A stretch of DNA of 64,000 nucleotides from Escherichia coli O127:H6 str. E2348/69 (lineage in GTDB: Bacteria > Pseudomonadota > Gammaproteobacteria > Enterobacterales > Enterobacteriaceae). How positions within the stretch are numbered: position 1 is the first letter of the stretch; each line of letters opens with the position of its first letter. A program made the translations under genes and the position numbers. The stretch lies in the NCBI RefSeq assembly GCF_000026545.1, contig NC_011601.1; one strand, written 5' to 3'. Below, piece by piece: positions 1 to 12,636 of this stretch. The notes below the pieces were generated by a model, which saw only the letters and a list, made by a program, of their open reading frames with translations, did no database searches and was not told the origin of the DNA.

Positions 1-27
1 TTCCAAATTTATCAAGTGCTTAAATAA

Positions 28-1432
<1,405 letters not shown>

Positions 1433-1435
1433 GGC

Positions 1436-2968
1436 TTATTCCTTCACCTGATGCACAACATCGATCACCGAGCCATCGCGGTAACGCACAACGGCAACGA
1501 CGCGGTCGGTGAATTCAATCGGCTGTGGTTCACCGGTCAGCAGACGCGCACGTTCACGCAGCCACTCAATAGAAACCACTTTGATCCCCGCTTCCTGCAG
1601 ACGTTCTGCCAGCTCCGGACGTGCCGGGTTAACAGCGATGCCGTGGTCTGTGACCAGAATATCGACACTGGAGCCCGGGGTGATGCAGGTCAGCACGTTA
1701 TCCACCAGCGTCGGAATACGACCGCGTACCAGCGGCGCGACGATGATGGAAAGCGCAGAGGCAATCGCGGTATCGCAGTGACCACCGGAAGCACCACGCA
1801 GTACGCCGTCAGAGCCGGTCAGCACGTTAACGTTGAACTGGGTGTCAATTTCCAGCGCGCTCAGTACCACCACGTCGAGACGATCAACCGCTGCGCCTTT
1901 CGACCCCCAGTTAGCGTACTGGTTGGCGCTGATTTCGATGTGATTGGGGTTACGGGCCAGCGATTGCGCAGCATGGCTGTCAAAGCTCTGCACATCCAGC
2001 AGTTTGCGGATCAAACCTTTTTCGTGCAGATCAACCATCGTTGCGGTAATACCGCCGAGGGCGAAGTCGGCGCGAATATCGCGGCTACGCATTTTGTCTT
2101 CCAGGAAACGGGTTACCGCCAGCGAAGCGCCGCCGGTGCCGGTCTGCATGGAGAAACCTTCTTTGAAGTAGCCAGAGTTAACAATCACATCCGCAGCGCT
2201 ACGGGCAATAAGCAGTTCGCGCGGGTTAGTGGTCATACGGGTAGCACCAGCGCCGATTTTTGCAGCATCGCCAACGCGATCAACTTTGACGATCAGATCA
2301 ACCTGATCTTGCTCAATGCTTGCCGGATTATGCGGATAAGGCAGCAGTTCTTCGGTAAGCATCACGACCTGTTTTGCGTTGTCGGCATCAACCATTGCAT
2401 AGCCGAGGGAGCCGCAGCAGGCTTTACCGGAGTAGCCGTTGGCATTACCGAATTCATCACAGGACGGGACGCCGAGGAAAGCCACATCGATATTCAGTTC
2501 GCCGCTCTGTACCAGATGCACACGTCCGCCGTGAGAGTGGATTTGCACCGGTTCCGCCAGCAGACCACGGGAGATTTCTTCCGCCAGTGGACCGCGCAGG
2601 CCAGAGGTATAAATGCGGGTAACCACGCCCTGGCGAATGTGTTCTACCAGCGGCGCATGGCAATCACTCAGGGAGCTGGAGGCCAGAGTCAGGTTTTTAA
2701 AGCCCATCTTCGCGATGACGTCCATCACCATATTGACGGTCAGGTCACCGCCACGGAAAGCGTGATGGAAGGAAACCGTCATGCCGTCCTGTAAACCAGA
2801 GCGACGAATCGCTTCTTCCAGGTTGGCGCACAGTTTGCGATCGCGCGCTTTTTCAGCCTGGTAGGTTTGCTTTGGCGAGTTCTGGAAAGCGGCAAGATCG
2901 CATTCAGCGCGACGATTCCAGGCCGCTACCCGTTCTTGTCGTTGAGATTGTTCAATTTTCTGCGTCAT
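1436..2968 (-). CDS. citF: citrate lyase alpha subunit (citrate CoA-transferase)
   Basis: ORF-track frame 1436..3010 trimmed to internal ATG (MTQKIEQ...) giving 510 aa; 'cat' verified at 2966..2968. Confidence 0.9.
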   Translation of the reverse strand: MTQKIEQSQRQERVAAWNRRAECDLAAFQNSPKQTYQAEKARDRKLCANLEEAIRRSGLQDGMTVSFHHAFRGGDLTVNMVMDVIAKMGFKNLTLASSSLSDCHAPLVEHIRQGVVTRIYTSGLRGPLAEEISRGLLAEPVQIHSHGGRVHLVQSGELNIDVAFLGVPSCDEFGNANGYSGKACCGSLGYAMVDADNAKQVVMLTEELLPYPHNPASIEQDQVDLIVKVDRVGDAAKIGAGATRMTTNPRELLIARSAADVIVNSGYFKEGFSMQTGTGGASLAVTRFLEDKMRSRDIRADFALGGITATMVDLHEKGLIRKLLDVQSFDSHAAQSLARNPNHIEISANQYANWGSKGAAVDRLDVVVLSALEIDTQFNVNVLTGSDGVLRGASGGHCDTAIASALSIIVAPLVRGRIPTLVDNVLTCITPGSSVDILVTDHGIAVNPARPELAERLQEAGIKVVSIEWLRERARLLTGEPQPIEFTDRVVAVVRYRDGSVIDVVHQVKE

Positions 2969-2978
2969 TTTGATTGCC

Positions 2979-3887
2979 TTATTCTTCGCGGATGCCGGAA
3001 AGTTCTGCACGGGAGAGCACCAGACGGGCGCGATCGATAACCGGACCGTCCACCATCTTGCCGTTCAGGGAAACCACGCCGAGGCCTTCGCGAGCGGCGG
3101 CTTCAGCGGCTTCTACGACGCGGCGGGCGTGATCCACTTCTTTCTGGGTCGGTGCGTAGAGGTTGTGCAGCAGATCAATCTGACGCGGGTTGATCAGCGA
3201 TTTGCCGTCAAAGCCCAGCTGTTTGATGTGGGCGGCTTCTTGCAGGAATCCGGCTTCGTTGTTAGCGTCGGAATAGACGGTATCGAACGCCTGAATACCC
3301 GCAGAACGCGCGGCCTGCAAAATGGAGCAGCGAGCGAACAGCAGTTCAGTTCCTTCCGGGGAGCGTTCTGTACGCAGGTTGCGCACATAGTCTTCTGCAC
3401 CGAGGGCGATACCGATCAAACGCTCGGAAGCGTGAGCGATTTCTACCGCGCGGGTAATGCCCAGCGGAGATTCAATCGCCGCCAGCAGGCCGGTGCTGCC
3501 GGGTTCACGACCACAGGCTTTTTCGATGCGCAGGATCTCTTTTTCGATATCCAGAACATCCTGAGCGGTATCGGTTTTCGGCAGACGCACAACGTCCGCA
3601 CCACCGCGAACGACGGCTTCCAGGTCGTTAACACCCCATTCGGAATCCAGCGCGTTTACACGCACAATGGTTTCAATATCGCGATACAGCGGATGTTGCA
3701 GCGCGTGGTAAACCATGCGGCGGGCGGTGTCTTTTTCACGCAATGCCACGGAGTCTTCGAGGTCAAACATCAGGGCATCAGCCGGGTAGATGAATGAGTT
3801 GCTGACCATCGCGGCATTGGCACCTGGCACAAACAGCATGCTGCGGCGGGTGCGAGTTTTACGTTGTTGCAGCGAAGCGGAAATCAT
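2979..3887 (-). CDS. citE: citrate lyase beta subunit (citryl-CoA lyase)
   Basis: ORF-track frame trimmed to ATG giving 302 aa (MISASLQQ...); ATGA overlap with citD stop. Confidence 0.9.
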
Positions 3888-4180
3888 TGGCAATCCTCCC
3901 ATGGCAGAGCCGGGATACCGCTGGCGCGTGCCAGCAGGGCTTCCAGTCGTGCACGTAAAATGCAGTCCAGTGCGCCTTTGTCATCGACATTCAGCTGTAC
4001 GCCGCGCACGTTGTAGCGGGCGAGAACGTCCAGAATGGTGGTGCGAATTGCATCGCCAAACTGTTTCTCAACGCTGCTGTTGATTTGCAGGTCGATATCC
4101 TGCGTATCGAGTGGGGCGATGCGTATCATCACATCCCCAGACTCAAGGGTGCCTGCAACGGCGGGCTGGTTTATTTTCAT
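3884..4180 (-). CDS. citD: citrate lyase acyl carrier protein (gamma subunit)
   Basis: 98-aa ORF, operon position. Confidence 0.9.
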
Positions 4181-4194
4181 TTTTCACCTGTTTC

Positions 4195-5253
4195 TCATGC
4201 GGGGGTCTTTTGACGAGCTGCCGCGTCCTGGCGGGAGTGCTCAAGCAGGTTCTGCAAATAATGCAGCGTGACTGCAGGGACCAGCGGCGCGATAGCCGTG
4301 AGATCGTTTTTCGCCAGCAGTTGACGTACCCGGGAAGCGGATATCGGCATCTCCTGGTAACGCAGCCGCTCAATTTCAACCAGTTCGATGGGCGGTGCGG
4401 AGATAGTCGGCGTTTCCAGCCAGTAGCGCATATCCTGGTTGTACTGGGCGGTAACGCGACAAAAGGGTTCAGTACCGACAAAGCGGTGAGTTACACCCAG
4501 CGCGGGAGCGAGGTACTGACGGAAAATCTTCAGATCAATTTCGGTGTAGCAATGGTTAATGACGCTCTGTTCTTTAATGAAGTAGCAAGGGAACGTAGCG
4601 CGGGAGATGATGTATTCGGAGCCGCGATGCACGGTCAGGCGTGGAATATCGGCGGTGCCTTTTAACACCAGATTCAGCCGGTCTTCATAGGGGAAGCGTG
4701 AAGAATCTTCTTTGACTAAAAACAGATGCAACCAGTCGCACTGTGCCGCAGCCTGTTGAATCAGATAACGGTGACCATTCGTAAAGGGATTGGCGTTCAT
4801 CACAATGCAGCCAATCTTGTTCCCTGGATGACGAAATTTTTTCAGCGATTCGGCATAGCGTTTCAGTCGCGTGGCGCTGTTTTCCATCAGCACCATCACG
4901 CCGGGTACGCTGGTCAGCGTGGAAAAACCGCACTGGCGGAACAGCGCCTCGTATTCGGTTTTGGTATAAATAAACAGATGCGTGCTATGCCGCTCATAGG
5001 CGAGGTTTATCAGTTCAGTGGCTAATGTCAGCGCCAGTCCTTCACCGCGAACGGATTCACTGATAGCAACGCATTTAATAATATTTCCGGCAATTCCACC
5101 GCACGCGATAAGCTTTTCATCGCGGGTTACGGTAATAAATACTTCGACTGTGGTGTCAACGCTCAAATCATTTTCATGCAGGAATTGGGCGATTTCCGCC
5201 ATTTTTTTATTTTCTGAACGTTTTACGCGGGTGAAAATATCATTGCCGAACAT
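4195..5253 (-). CDS. citC: [citrate (pro-3S)-lyase] ligase
   Basis: ORF-track frame 4195..5340 trimmed to ATG at 5253 (MFGNDIF...) giving 352 aa; first gene of cit operon. Confidence 0.85.
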   Translation of the reverse strand: MFGNDIFTRVKRSENKKMAEIAQFLHENDLSVDTTVEVFITVTRDEKLIACGGIAGNIIKCVAISESVRGEGLALTLATELINLAYERHSTHLFIYTKTEYEALFRQCGFSTLTSVPGVMVLMENSATRLKRYAESLKKFRHPGNKIGCIVMNANPFTNGHRYLIQQAAAQCDWLHLFLVKEDSSRFPYEDRLNLVLKGTADIPRLTVHRGSEYIISRATFPCYFIKEQSVINHCYTEIDLKIFRQYLAPALGVTHRFVGTEPFCRVTAQYNQDMRYWLETPTISAPPIELVEIERLRYQEMPISASRVRQLLAKNDLTAIAPLVPAVTLHYLQNLLEHSRQDAAARQKTPA

Positions 5254-5632
5254 AATAAATAGTATCCTGAAGGTGCATGTTGTTATCGATTTGCAACGAA
5301 TGTTGTTCAATGTTGCAAATTGATAACCTTTTATTTTCACTTGGGAGAAAGGGGGGCGATCGAGGTATATCTTTTTCTCCTTTCGCTATACATCCTAAGG
5401 AGTATTTTGGCGTGAAATTTTGATTTATTTCACATAGAGTTAGTGGTTTTTTATTTATTTAATGGTTTTAAGTTTTTTAACTAATGTAATTACGAAATAA
5501 CCCGCAGCTTTAAGTGATTTAATTGATTTAATGAATAAAATTTGCCACGATCATATTTAATATCTATGTATTTTGATTCAACATTTTAATTACATCCGTC
5601 AAAGAGGCTCGGGACAACCCGCAAGGAAAACA
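5254..5632. promoter_or_regulatory. AT-rich divergent promoter region between citC and dpiB
   Basis: ~380 bp AT-rich spacer between divergently oriented citC and dpiB start codons. Confidence 0.5.
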
Positions 5633-7291
5633 ATGTTGCAGCTTAACGAGAATAAACAGTTTGCATTTTTCCAAAGACTGGCATTTCCGCTGCGTATCTT
5701 TTTGCTGATTCTGGTGTTCTCAATATTTGTCATTGCAGCCCTGGCGCAATATTTTACAGCCAGTTTTGAGGACTATTTAACGCTTCATGTGCGCGACATG
5801 GCAATGAATCAGGCAAAAATTATTGCTTCTAATGACAGTATCATCAGTGCAGTGAAAACGCGTGACTACAAGAGGCTGGCGACCATCGCTGACAAATTAC
5901 AAAGAGATACTGATTTCGATTATGTGGTGATTGGCGATCGGCACTCGATTCGTCTTTACCATCCTAATCCGGAGAAAATTGGTTATCCTATGCAGTTCAC
6001 CAAACCGGGCGCGCTGGAGAAAGGGGAGAGCTACTTCATCACCGGGAAAGGGTCAATTGGCATGGCGATGCGTGCCAAAACGCCAATCTTTGATGACGAT
6101 GGAAAAGTCATCGGCGTGGTGTCGATTGGCTACCTGGTGAGTAAAATCGATAGCTGGCGGGCTGAGTTTTTATTACCGATGGCAGGCGTGTTTGTCGTGC
6201 TGTTAGGGATTTTGATGTTGCTGTCGTGGTTCCTGGCCGCGCATATCCGTCGGCAGATGATGGGCATGGAGCCAAAGCAAATCGCTCGCGTGGTCCGTCA
6301 GCAAGAGGCGCTGTTTAGTTCGGTTTATGAAGGGCTGATTGCGGTGGATCCGCACGGGTACATTACCGCCATCAATCGTAACGCAAGAAAGATGCTGGGG
6401 CTGAGCTCCCCCGGACGGCAATGGTTGGGTAAACCCATTGCTGAAGTGGTCAGGCCCGCCGATTTCTTTACCGAACAGATTGATGAAAAACGTCAGGATG
6501 TGGTGGCGAACTTTAACGGTCTGAGCGTTATTGCCAACCGGGAAGCTATTCGTTCTGGCGATGATTTACTGGGGGCCATTATTAGCTTTCGTAGTAAAGA
6601 CGAAATTTCCACCCTCAATGCGCAACTGACGCAAATTAAACAATACGTCGAGAGCCTTCGTACATTGCGACACGAGCATCTCAATTGGATGTCGACGCTC
6701 AATGGTCTGTTGCAGATGAAAGAGTATGATCGCGTGCTGGCGATGGTGCAGGGGGAGTCTCAGGCCCAGCAACAGCTTATTGACAGCCTGCGTGAGGCGT
6801 TTGCCGATCGCCAGGTGGCGGGGCTGCTTTTTGGTAAAGTGCAGCGCGCCCGCGAACTGGGGCTAAAAATGGTCATCGTCCCCGGTAGCCAGCTTTCGCA
6901 GCTGCCGCCAGGACTGGACAGCACCGAGTTTGCAGCCATTGTTGGCAATTTACTTGATAACGCCTTCGAAGCAAGCCTGCGTAGCGATGAAGGAAACAAG
7001 ATCGTTGAATTATTCCTCAGCGATGAAGGCGATGATGTGGTGATTGAAGTCGCCGATCAGGGCTGCGGCGTTCCAGAGTCTCTACGAGACAAAATATTTG
7101 AGCAGGGTGTCAGTACGCGTGCTGACGAGCCCGGTGAACATGGCATTGGGTTGTACTTGATTGCCAGCTACGTAACGCGCTGCGGTGGTGTTATCACTCT
7201 CGAAGATAATGATCCCTGCGGTACCTTATTTTCAATCTATATTCCGAAAGTGAAACCTAATGACAGCTCCATTAACCCTATTGATCGTTGA
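5633..7291 (+). CDS. dpiB: citrate-sensing sensor histidine kinase
   Basis: ORF-track frame trimmed to ATG at 5633 (MLQLNENKQ...) giving 552 aa; two TM segments flanking periplasmic domain, C-terminal HATPase motifs; RBS aaggaaaa upstream. Confidence 0.9.
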   Translation: MLQLNENKQFAFFQRLAFPLRIFLLILVFSIFVIAALAQYFTASFEDYLTLHVRDMAMNQAKIIASNDSIISAVKTRDYKRLATIADKLQRDTDFDYVVIGDRHSIRLYHPNPEKIGYPMQFTKPGALEKGESYFITGKGSIGMAMRAKTPIFDDDGKVIGVVSIGYLVSKIDSWRAEFLLPMAGVFVVLLGILMLLSWFLAAHIRRQMMGMEPKQIARVVRQQEALFSSVYEGLIAVDPHGYITAINRNARKMLGLSSPGRQWLGKPIAEVVRPADFFTEQIDEKRQDVVANFNGLSVIANREAIRSGDDLLGAIISFRSKDEISTLNAQLTQIKQYVESLRTLRHEHLNWMSTLNGLLQMKEYDRVLAMVQGESQAQQQLIDSLREAFADRQVAGLLFGKVQRARELGLKMVIVPGSQLSQLPPGLDSTEFAAIVGNLLDNAFEASLRSDEGNKIVELFLSDEGDDVVIEVADQGCGVPESLRDKIFEQGVSTRADEPGEHGIGLYLIASYVTRCGGVITLEDNDPCGTLFSIYIPKVKPNDSSINPIDR

Positions 7292-7940
7292 GGACGAAAC
7301 GCCGCTGGCAGAGATGCATGCGGAATATATTCGTCACATTCCCGGATTCAGTCAGATATTACTGGCGGGAAACCTGGCGCAGGCCCGAATGATGATCGAG
7401 CGTTTTAAGCCGGGGCTAATCTTGCTCGATAACTATCTTCCTGACGGTAGAGGGATTAATTTACTGCATGAACTGGTGCAGGCGCATTATCCCGGCGACG
7501 TGGTGTTTACCACTGCAGCCAGTGATATGGAAACGGTGTCTGAAGCCGTACGTTGTGGTGTATTTGATTATCTCATTAAGCCAATTGCCTATGAACGTCT
7601 GGGGCAAACGCTAACCCGTTTCCGCCAGCGTAAACATATGCTGGAAAGTATTGATAGCGCCAGCCAGAAGCAAATTGATGAGATGTTTAATGCCTATGCT
7701 CGCGGTGAACCCAAAGACGAACTGCCGACCGGCATTGACCCCTTGACGCTAAACGCGGTGCGAAAACTGTTTAAAGAGCCTGGTGTGCAACATACGGCAG
7801 AAACGGTGGCGCAGGCACTGACTATCAGCCGCACCACTGCCAGACGTTATCTTGAATATTGCGCCAGCCGCCATCTGATTATTGCTGAAATTGTTCACGG
7901 CAAAGTTGGCAGACCGCAACGCATATACCACAGTGGGTGA
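7260..7940 (+). CDS. dpiA: two-component response regulator (CitB/DpiA family)
   Basis: 226-aa ORF overlapping dpiB 3' end by 32 bp; receiver domain plus C-terminal HTH. Confidence 0.9.
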   Translation: MTAPLTLLIVEDETPLAEMHAEYIRHIPGFSQILLAGNLAQARMMIERFKPGLILLDNYLPDGRGINLLHELVQAHYPGDVVFTTAASDMETVSEAVRCGVFDYLIKPIAYERLGQTLTRFRQRKHMLESIDSASQKQIDEMFNAYARGEPKDELPTGIDPLTLNAVRKLFKEPGVQHTAETVAQALTISRTTARRYLEYCASRHLIIAEIVHGKVGRPQRIYHSG

Positions 7941-7980
7941 CATGATAAAGCCGGAGGAAACTTGCCTCCGGCATGACTAT

Positions 7981-9366
7981 TTACTTACCTGTGACCGCGG
8001 CTGCCGTTCCTGGCACCATCAGCTCTGTAGCAACGATAACAATCACCAAACCAACAAGCACCGGCACCGAGGTGCGTTTTACGACTTCAAACGGCGAGAT
8101 CTTCGCCATCCCGGCAACCGCAACGACTACGCCAGAAACGGGTGATAGGGTACGACCCAGGTTTGACGCCTGCAGCATCGGGATAGTCAAATACGCCGGG
8201 TTAATGCCGGAGGAGTGCGCCAGTTTCGGGATCATCTCAACAAACGCATAAAACGGCGCATTGCCTGAACCGGTCGTGACTGCCGCCAGCATTGTCAGGA
8301 TCACCAATACCAGCATCAGGATGATACTCGCCGAACCAAACGAGGTAGCGATAGAAATCAGACTTTGAATAAAGCCGATGGTGCTAAGCCCCTGAGCGAA
8401 TACCCCAGCGGCAACCAGCAGCATCACCACGTTAGCAAATGCATCTGCCATACCGCGATAAGCCACTTCCAGACCAGAGAAAACTTTCTGGGTATTAAAG
8501 CTGCGGATGAACTCCAGAATGGAGGCAATTAGCATACAAATCACCAGAATAGTGATGATGTGTAATTGCGGACCCCATTTGCCGTCAAAAATCAGCACTC
8601 CGATGATCGGCGTGAACGGCAAAATGGCATAAAACGCAGGGGCAGTGGTGGTGATTTCACTGACATCTAACATTTCATGAGAGATGTGCTCTTTTTTATC
8701 CAGATAACGTTGCCAGAAGAAGTGGGCGATTGCCATGCCGATAATTGCAGCAATTGAGATAGGCAGCGTTGTTTTGAAGGCGAAGTCAATCAGCGACATT
8801 TCGGAAGCCTGCGCCGCCAGCACCACATCCCCTGAAGTCGGTGCGAGAATAATCGCCGCCGGGGAGGCACAAATGGCAGCAGCTGCGCCACGACTGATAC
8901 CAACGTTTACCATCACCGGAAACAGGGTTGCCATCAGCAAAACACCCAGACCGGTTGCGGAAGAGACAGCCAGTGACATCAGACAGGCAACAAAATAGGC
9001 GGCAATCATCAGAAGGTAAGGGGAGTTAATATACTGCAATGGTTTTGACGCCAGCTTGACCACCATATCATTCGCGCCGATATGGGTCATGTAAGCGGCA
9101 AAGCCACACAGCATCATAATCATCATGCCGAGGTCGCCGCCGCGGCTCATTAGCAATATTTTAACGTATTCAACGATATCCGTGGCGCTGTAGCCTGTTG
9201 AAGCCTGGCTGGACGGTAACACTTTGTGCCCCATAATGGCACTGATAATCAGCAATAACAGGCCACCGACAAATAACACGCCAGTGGCAGAATACCCTTT
9301 AATGATGTAGCGAGCTACACCCACAATAACCACAACTCCAATAAGGAGTTCAATGAATGTCAGCAT
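7981..9366 (-). CDS. dcuC: anaerobic C4-dicarboxylate transporter DcuC
   Basis: 461-aa polytopic membrane ORF; conserved position after dpiA. Confidence 0.9.
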   Translation of the reverse strand: MLTFIELLIGVVVIVGVARYIIKGYSATGVLFVGGLLLLIISAIMGHKVLPSSQASTGYSATDIVEYVKILLMSRGGDLGMMIMMLCGFAAYMTHIGANDMVVKLASKPLQYINSPYLLMIAAYFVACLMSLAVSSATGLGVLLMATLFPVMVNVGISRGAAAAICASPAAIILAPTSGDVVLAAQASEMSLIDFAFKTTLPISIAAIIGMAIAHFFWQRYLDKKEHISHEMLDVSEITTTAPAFYAILPFTPIIGVLIFDGKWGPQLHIITILVICMLIASILEFIRSFNTQKVFSGLEVAYRGMADAFANVVMLLVAAGVFAQGLSTIGFIQSLISIATSFGSASIILMLVLVILTMLAAVTTGSGNAPFYAFVEMIPKLAHSSGINPAYLTIPMLQASNLGRTLSPVSGVVVAVAGMAKISPFEVVKRTSVPVLVGLVIVIVATELMVPGTAAAVTGK

Positions 9367-9942
9367 AATTTTTCCTGTCTCCAGGCCCCAAAGTAAATAA
9401 TAAAAAATCTCTAAAAATTAAAGAAAAAATATGCCGAATAAATCACCAGCGAATGCTGATTGAAATCAATAAAAATAGCTATTAACACATTGATATTGCT
9501 GTTTTTTATACCTGGATAACAAAATTCATTTTTGTAGTTAATCATTACAAAGCAATGATGTATGCAAAATTGATAAAATATTGAATTGATTTTGTTGGGA
9601 AATTGATAAATTTTTTGTTTAAAGAAACGGGCGTTCATTAACATGGCCCGGCAATACTGGGAATGTTTATTGATTGATTTTTATATTTGTTTAAAAAATA
9701 AGCGCATTTGTGCTTTTATCTATTGTTGTTTGTATTGGAGGAGTGTTCTTTGATTGAGAACGTTTGCGGGCAAAAAAAATCGTTTAAGTTTCCAGAACAA
9801 TCCGATAATATTCCCTCAAAATTGCACCGCATAAATATATAAAACACTCGGATTATTCCTTATATTGGTGCTGTTAAGGTTATGTTTATTTTAAACTGGT
9901 TATGCTAGTCGTGGTTTTTTGATAAATATCTCATGGTTACTA

Positions 9943-10503
9943 ATGAGCACTGGTAAATATATTTACGCACTTCTCTTTGTTTTTACTCAATTAGTCGGCA
10001 TTGAAGACGCTTCTGCTGACACACCTCAATGGCTGTCGACATTTAAAGAGAATGTTGCAGAAACATGGCAACAGCCACAACATTATGACTTGTACATACC
10101 CGCGATCACCTGGCATGCGCGTTTTGCCTATGACAAAGAAAAAACCGATCGCTATAACGAGCGACCGTGGGGCGGCGGTTTTGGTCAGTCGCGTTGGGAT
10201 GAAAAAGGAAACTGGCATGGCCTGTATGCCATGGCATTTAAGGACTCGTGGAACAAATGGGAACCGATTGCCGGATACGGATGGGAAAGTACCTGGCGAC
10301 CGCTGGCGGATGAAAATTTTCATTTAGGCCTGGGATTTACCGCTGGCGTAACGGCGCGCGATAACTGGAATTACATCCCTCTTCCGGTTCTACTGCCATT
10401 GGCCTCTGTGGGGTATGGCCCCGCGACGTTTCAGATGACCTACATTCCGGGTACCTACAACAATGGCAATGTGTACTTTGCCTGGATGCGCTTTCAGTTT
10501 TGA
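9943..10503 (+). CDS. pagP: lipid A palmitoyltransferase PagP (outer membrane)
   Basis: ORF-track frame starts at TTG 9919; first ATG at 9943 gives 186 aa; mature region ([21 protein letters not shown]...) recognisable. Confidence 0.85.
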   Translation: MSTGKYIYALLFVFTQLVGIEDASADTPQWLSTFKENVAETWQQPQHYDLYIPAITWHARFAYDKEKTDRYNERPWGGGFGQSRWDEKGNWHGLYAMAFKDSWNKWEPIAGYGWESTWRPLADENFHLGLGFTAGVTARDNWNYIPLPVLLPLASVGYGPATFQMTYIPGTYNNGNVYFAWMRFQF

Positions 10504-10677
10504 GACAAATGAAGTTTTAGTAAATTCTTTAAAATCAACCACTAAAATAATTAACATCAAAAATAACGCGACTTTTATCACTTTTTAGTAAAGTTGCACT
10601 GGACAAAGCGTACCACAATTGGTGTACTGGTAACCGACACAGCATTTGTGTCTATTTTTCATGTAAAGGTAATTTTG

Positions 10678-10887
10678 ATGTCTAAGATTAAAGGTAACGT
10701 TAAGTGGTTTAATGAGTCCAAAGGATTCGGTTTCATTACTCCGGAAGACGGCAGCAAAGACGTGTTCGTACACTTCTCTGCAATCCAGACTAATGGTTTT
10801 AAAACTCTTGCTGAAGGTCAGCGTGTAGAGTTCGAAATCACTAACGGTGCCAAAGGCCCTTCTGCTGCAAACGTAATCGCTCTGTAA
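10678..10887 (+). CDS. cspE: cold-shock protein CspE
   Basis: 69-aa CSD protein [20 protein letters not shown]...; ATG verified at 10678; long 5' leader. Confidence 0.9.
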
Positions 10888-10906
10888 GATACGTCAGCAA
10901 GAATTC

Positions 10907-10936
10907 AAAACCCGCTTAATCAGCGGGTTTTTTTTG
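10907..10936. terminator. bidirectional rho-independent terminator between cspE and crcB
   Basis: hairpin cccgcttaatcagcggg flanked by T-run on + strand and T-run on - strand. Confidence 0.7.
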
Positions 10937-10940
10937 GTCT

Positions 10941-11324
10941 TTAGTGTGCGGTTGAGGCCGAAAACAGCCAGAAAGCCAGTGCGGTCATGGCAAAAGACCC
11001 CAAAAGATTGACGAAAACGTTCAGTAACGCCCAGCCAAAGCGGCCCTCTTGTAACAAAAACACCACTTCTGCCGAAAATGTTGAGAAGGTTGTTAGACCG
11101 CCACAAAATCCGGTGGTGATTAATACTTTCCACACTGGATCAATGTTCGTCATCCTGCTGAACCAGGCGAATCCCATTCCTATGATGAATGCCCCAATCA
11201 GGTTTGCTGCCAGCGTCCCCAACGGAATCGCCTGATGCAGCGGGTTAAATCGCATACTTAACAGCCATCTCGCCACGCTTCCCGTACCACCGCCGATAAA
11301 AACTGCTAAAAGAAGTTGTAACAC
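10941..11324 (-). CDS. crcB: fluoride ion channel CrcB/FluC
   Basis: 127-aa four-TM ORF. Confidence 0.85.
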
Positions 11325-11410
11325 TGCAAAATCCTGCTATTTGATTTGTATGAATGATAAGTGTAACGCCGAATAATCGCCGTTGGCGAATTTTACGACT
11401 CTGACAGGAG

Positions 11411-12205
11411 GTGGCAATGCTGGTTGCCGCAGGACAGTTTGCTGTTACATCTGTGTGGGAAAAGAACGCTGAGATTTGTGCCTCGTTGATGGCGCAGGCG
11501 GCGGAAAACGAGGTTTCGCTGTTTGTCCTGCCGGAAGCATTACTGGCGCGTGATGATCATGATGCGGATCTTTCGGTTAAATCAGCACAGCTGCTGGAAG
11601 GCGAATTCCTCGACCGTTTACGGCGAGAAAGTAAACGTAACATGATGACGACAATTCTGACGATTCATGTTCCTTCAACACCGGGGCGCGCGTGGAATAT
11701 GCTGGTGGCGCTACAGGCAGGAAACATCGTCGCCCGTTATGCCAAACTGCATCTCTATGATGCATTTGCCATTCAGGAATCACGCCATGTTGATGCTGGT
11801 AATGAAATAGCTCCGTTACTGGAGGTGGAAGGGATGAAGGTCGGTCTGATGACCTGTTATGACTTACGCTTTCCAGAGCTGGCGCTGGCACAGGCATTAC
11901 AGGGAGCTGAAATCCTGGTACTTCCTGCCGCCTGGGTTCGTGGGCCGCTCAAAGAGCATCACTGGTCAACGTTGCTTGCCGCTCGTGCGCTGGATACCAC
12001 CTGTTATATGGTGGCGGCGGGGGAGTGCGGGAATAAAAATATCGGGCAAAGCCGGATTATAGATCCCTTTGGCGTCACCATTGCGGCAGCGTCAGAAATG
12101 CCTGCACTCATTATGGCGGAAGTGACGCCCGAACGTGTGCGTCAGGTACGCGCGCAACTGCCCGTCTTAAACAACCGTCGCTTTGCGCCGCCGCAATTAT
12201 TATGA
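11411..12205 (+). CDS. ybeM: carbon-nitrogen hydrolase (nitrilase superfamily) protein
   Basis: 264-aa intact ORF; position matches ybeM. Confidence 0.75.
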   Translation: MAMLVAAGQFAVTSVWEKNAEICASLMAQAAENEVSLFVLPEALLARDDHDADLSVKSAQLLEGEFLDRLRRESKRNMMTTILTIHVPSTPGRAWNMLVALQAGNIVARYAKLHLYDAFAIQESRHVDAGNEIAPLLEVEGMKVGLMTCYDLRFPELALAQALQGAEILVLPAAWVRGPLKEHHWSTLLAARALDTTCYMVAAGECGNKNIGQSRIIDPFGVTIAAASEMPALIMAEVTPERVRQVRAQLPVLNNRRFAPPQLL

Positions 12206-12333
12206 TGTTTTTTTACTCGGCGCTTGATTCACCTTGTTACAGATTGCTATTGTGTGCGCGCGTCGAATGACCGTTAATATTCTCTGGTTTTTAAGGCGCG
12301 TTCTGTTGCCGGTTATATGTCAAGAAGGTATCT

Positions 12334-12537
12334 ATGGGTGAGATTAGTATTACCAAACTGCTGGTAGTTGCGGCGCTGGTCGTTCTGCTGTTTGGGACTA
12401 AGAAGTTACGTACGCTGGGCGGAGACCTTGGAGCGGCCATTAAAGGGTTCAAGAAGGCGATGAATGATGACGATGCTGCGGCGAAAAAAGGCGCAGACGT
12501 TGATCTTCAGGCTGAAAAGCTCTCTCATAAAGAGTGA
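12334..12537 (+). CDS. tatE: Sec-independent protein translocase component TatE
   Basis: 67-aa ORF with N-terminal TM helix and amphipathic region, TatA/E family. Confidence 0.9.
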   Translation: MGEISITKLLVVAALVVLLFGTKKLRTLGGDLGAAIKGFKKAMNDDDAAAKKGADVDLQAEKLSHKE

Positions 12538-12581
12538 CGTGGCGAGCAGGACGCTCCCTCAATATCTTGTTCGATACAAAA

Positions 12582-12607
12582 ACCCGCTTCAAAAAGCGGG
12601 TTTTTTA
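12582..12607. terminator. bidirectional rho-independent terminator between tatE and lipA
   Basis: hairpin acccgcttcaaaaagcgggt with T-runs on both strands. Confidence 0.7.
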
Positions 12608-12636
12608 TCAGACAGATGTAAGTAATTATTACAGGA

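Noticed and set aside
9367-9942. 77-aa ORF (9411..9644, -) in the AT-rich dcuC–pagP intergenic region
   Set aside because: Extremely AT-rich, low-complexity translation (runs of F/I/N/K), no RBS; more likely the pagP regulatory region
11325-11410. Looked for a fluoride riboswitch (crcB motif) upstream of crcB
   Set aside because: The 86-bp leader shows no recognisable conserved crcB-motif core or pseudoknot pairing; not supported from sequence
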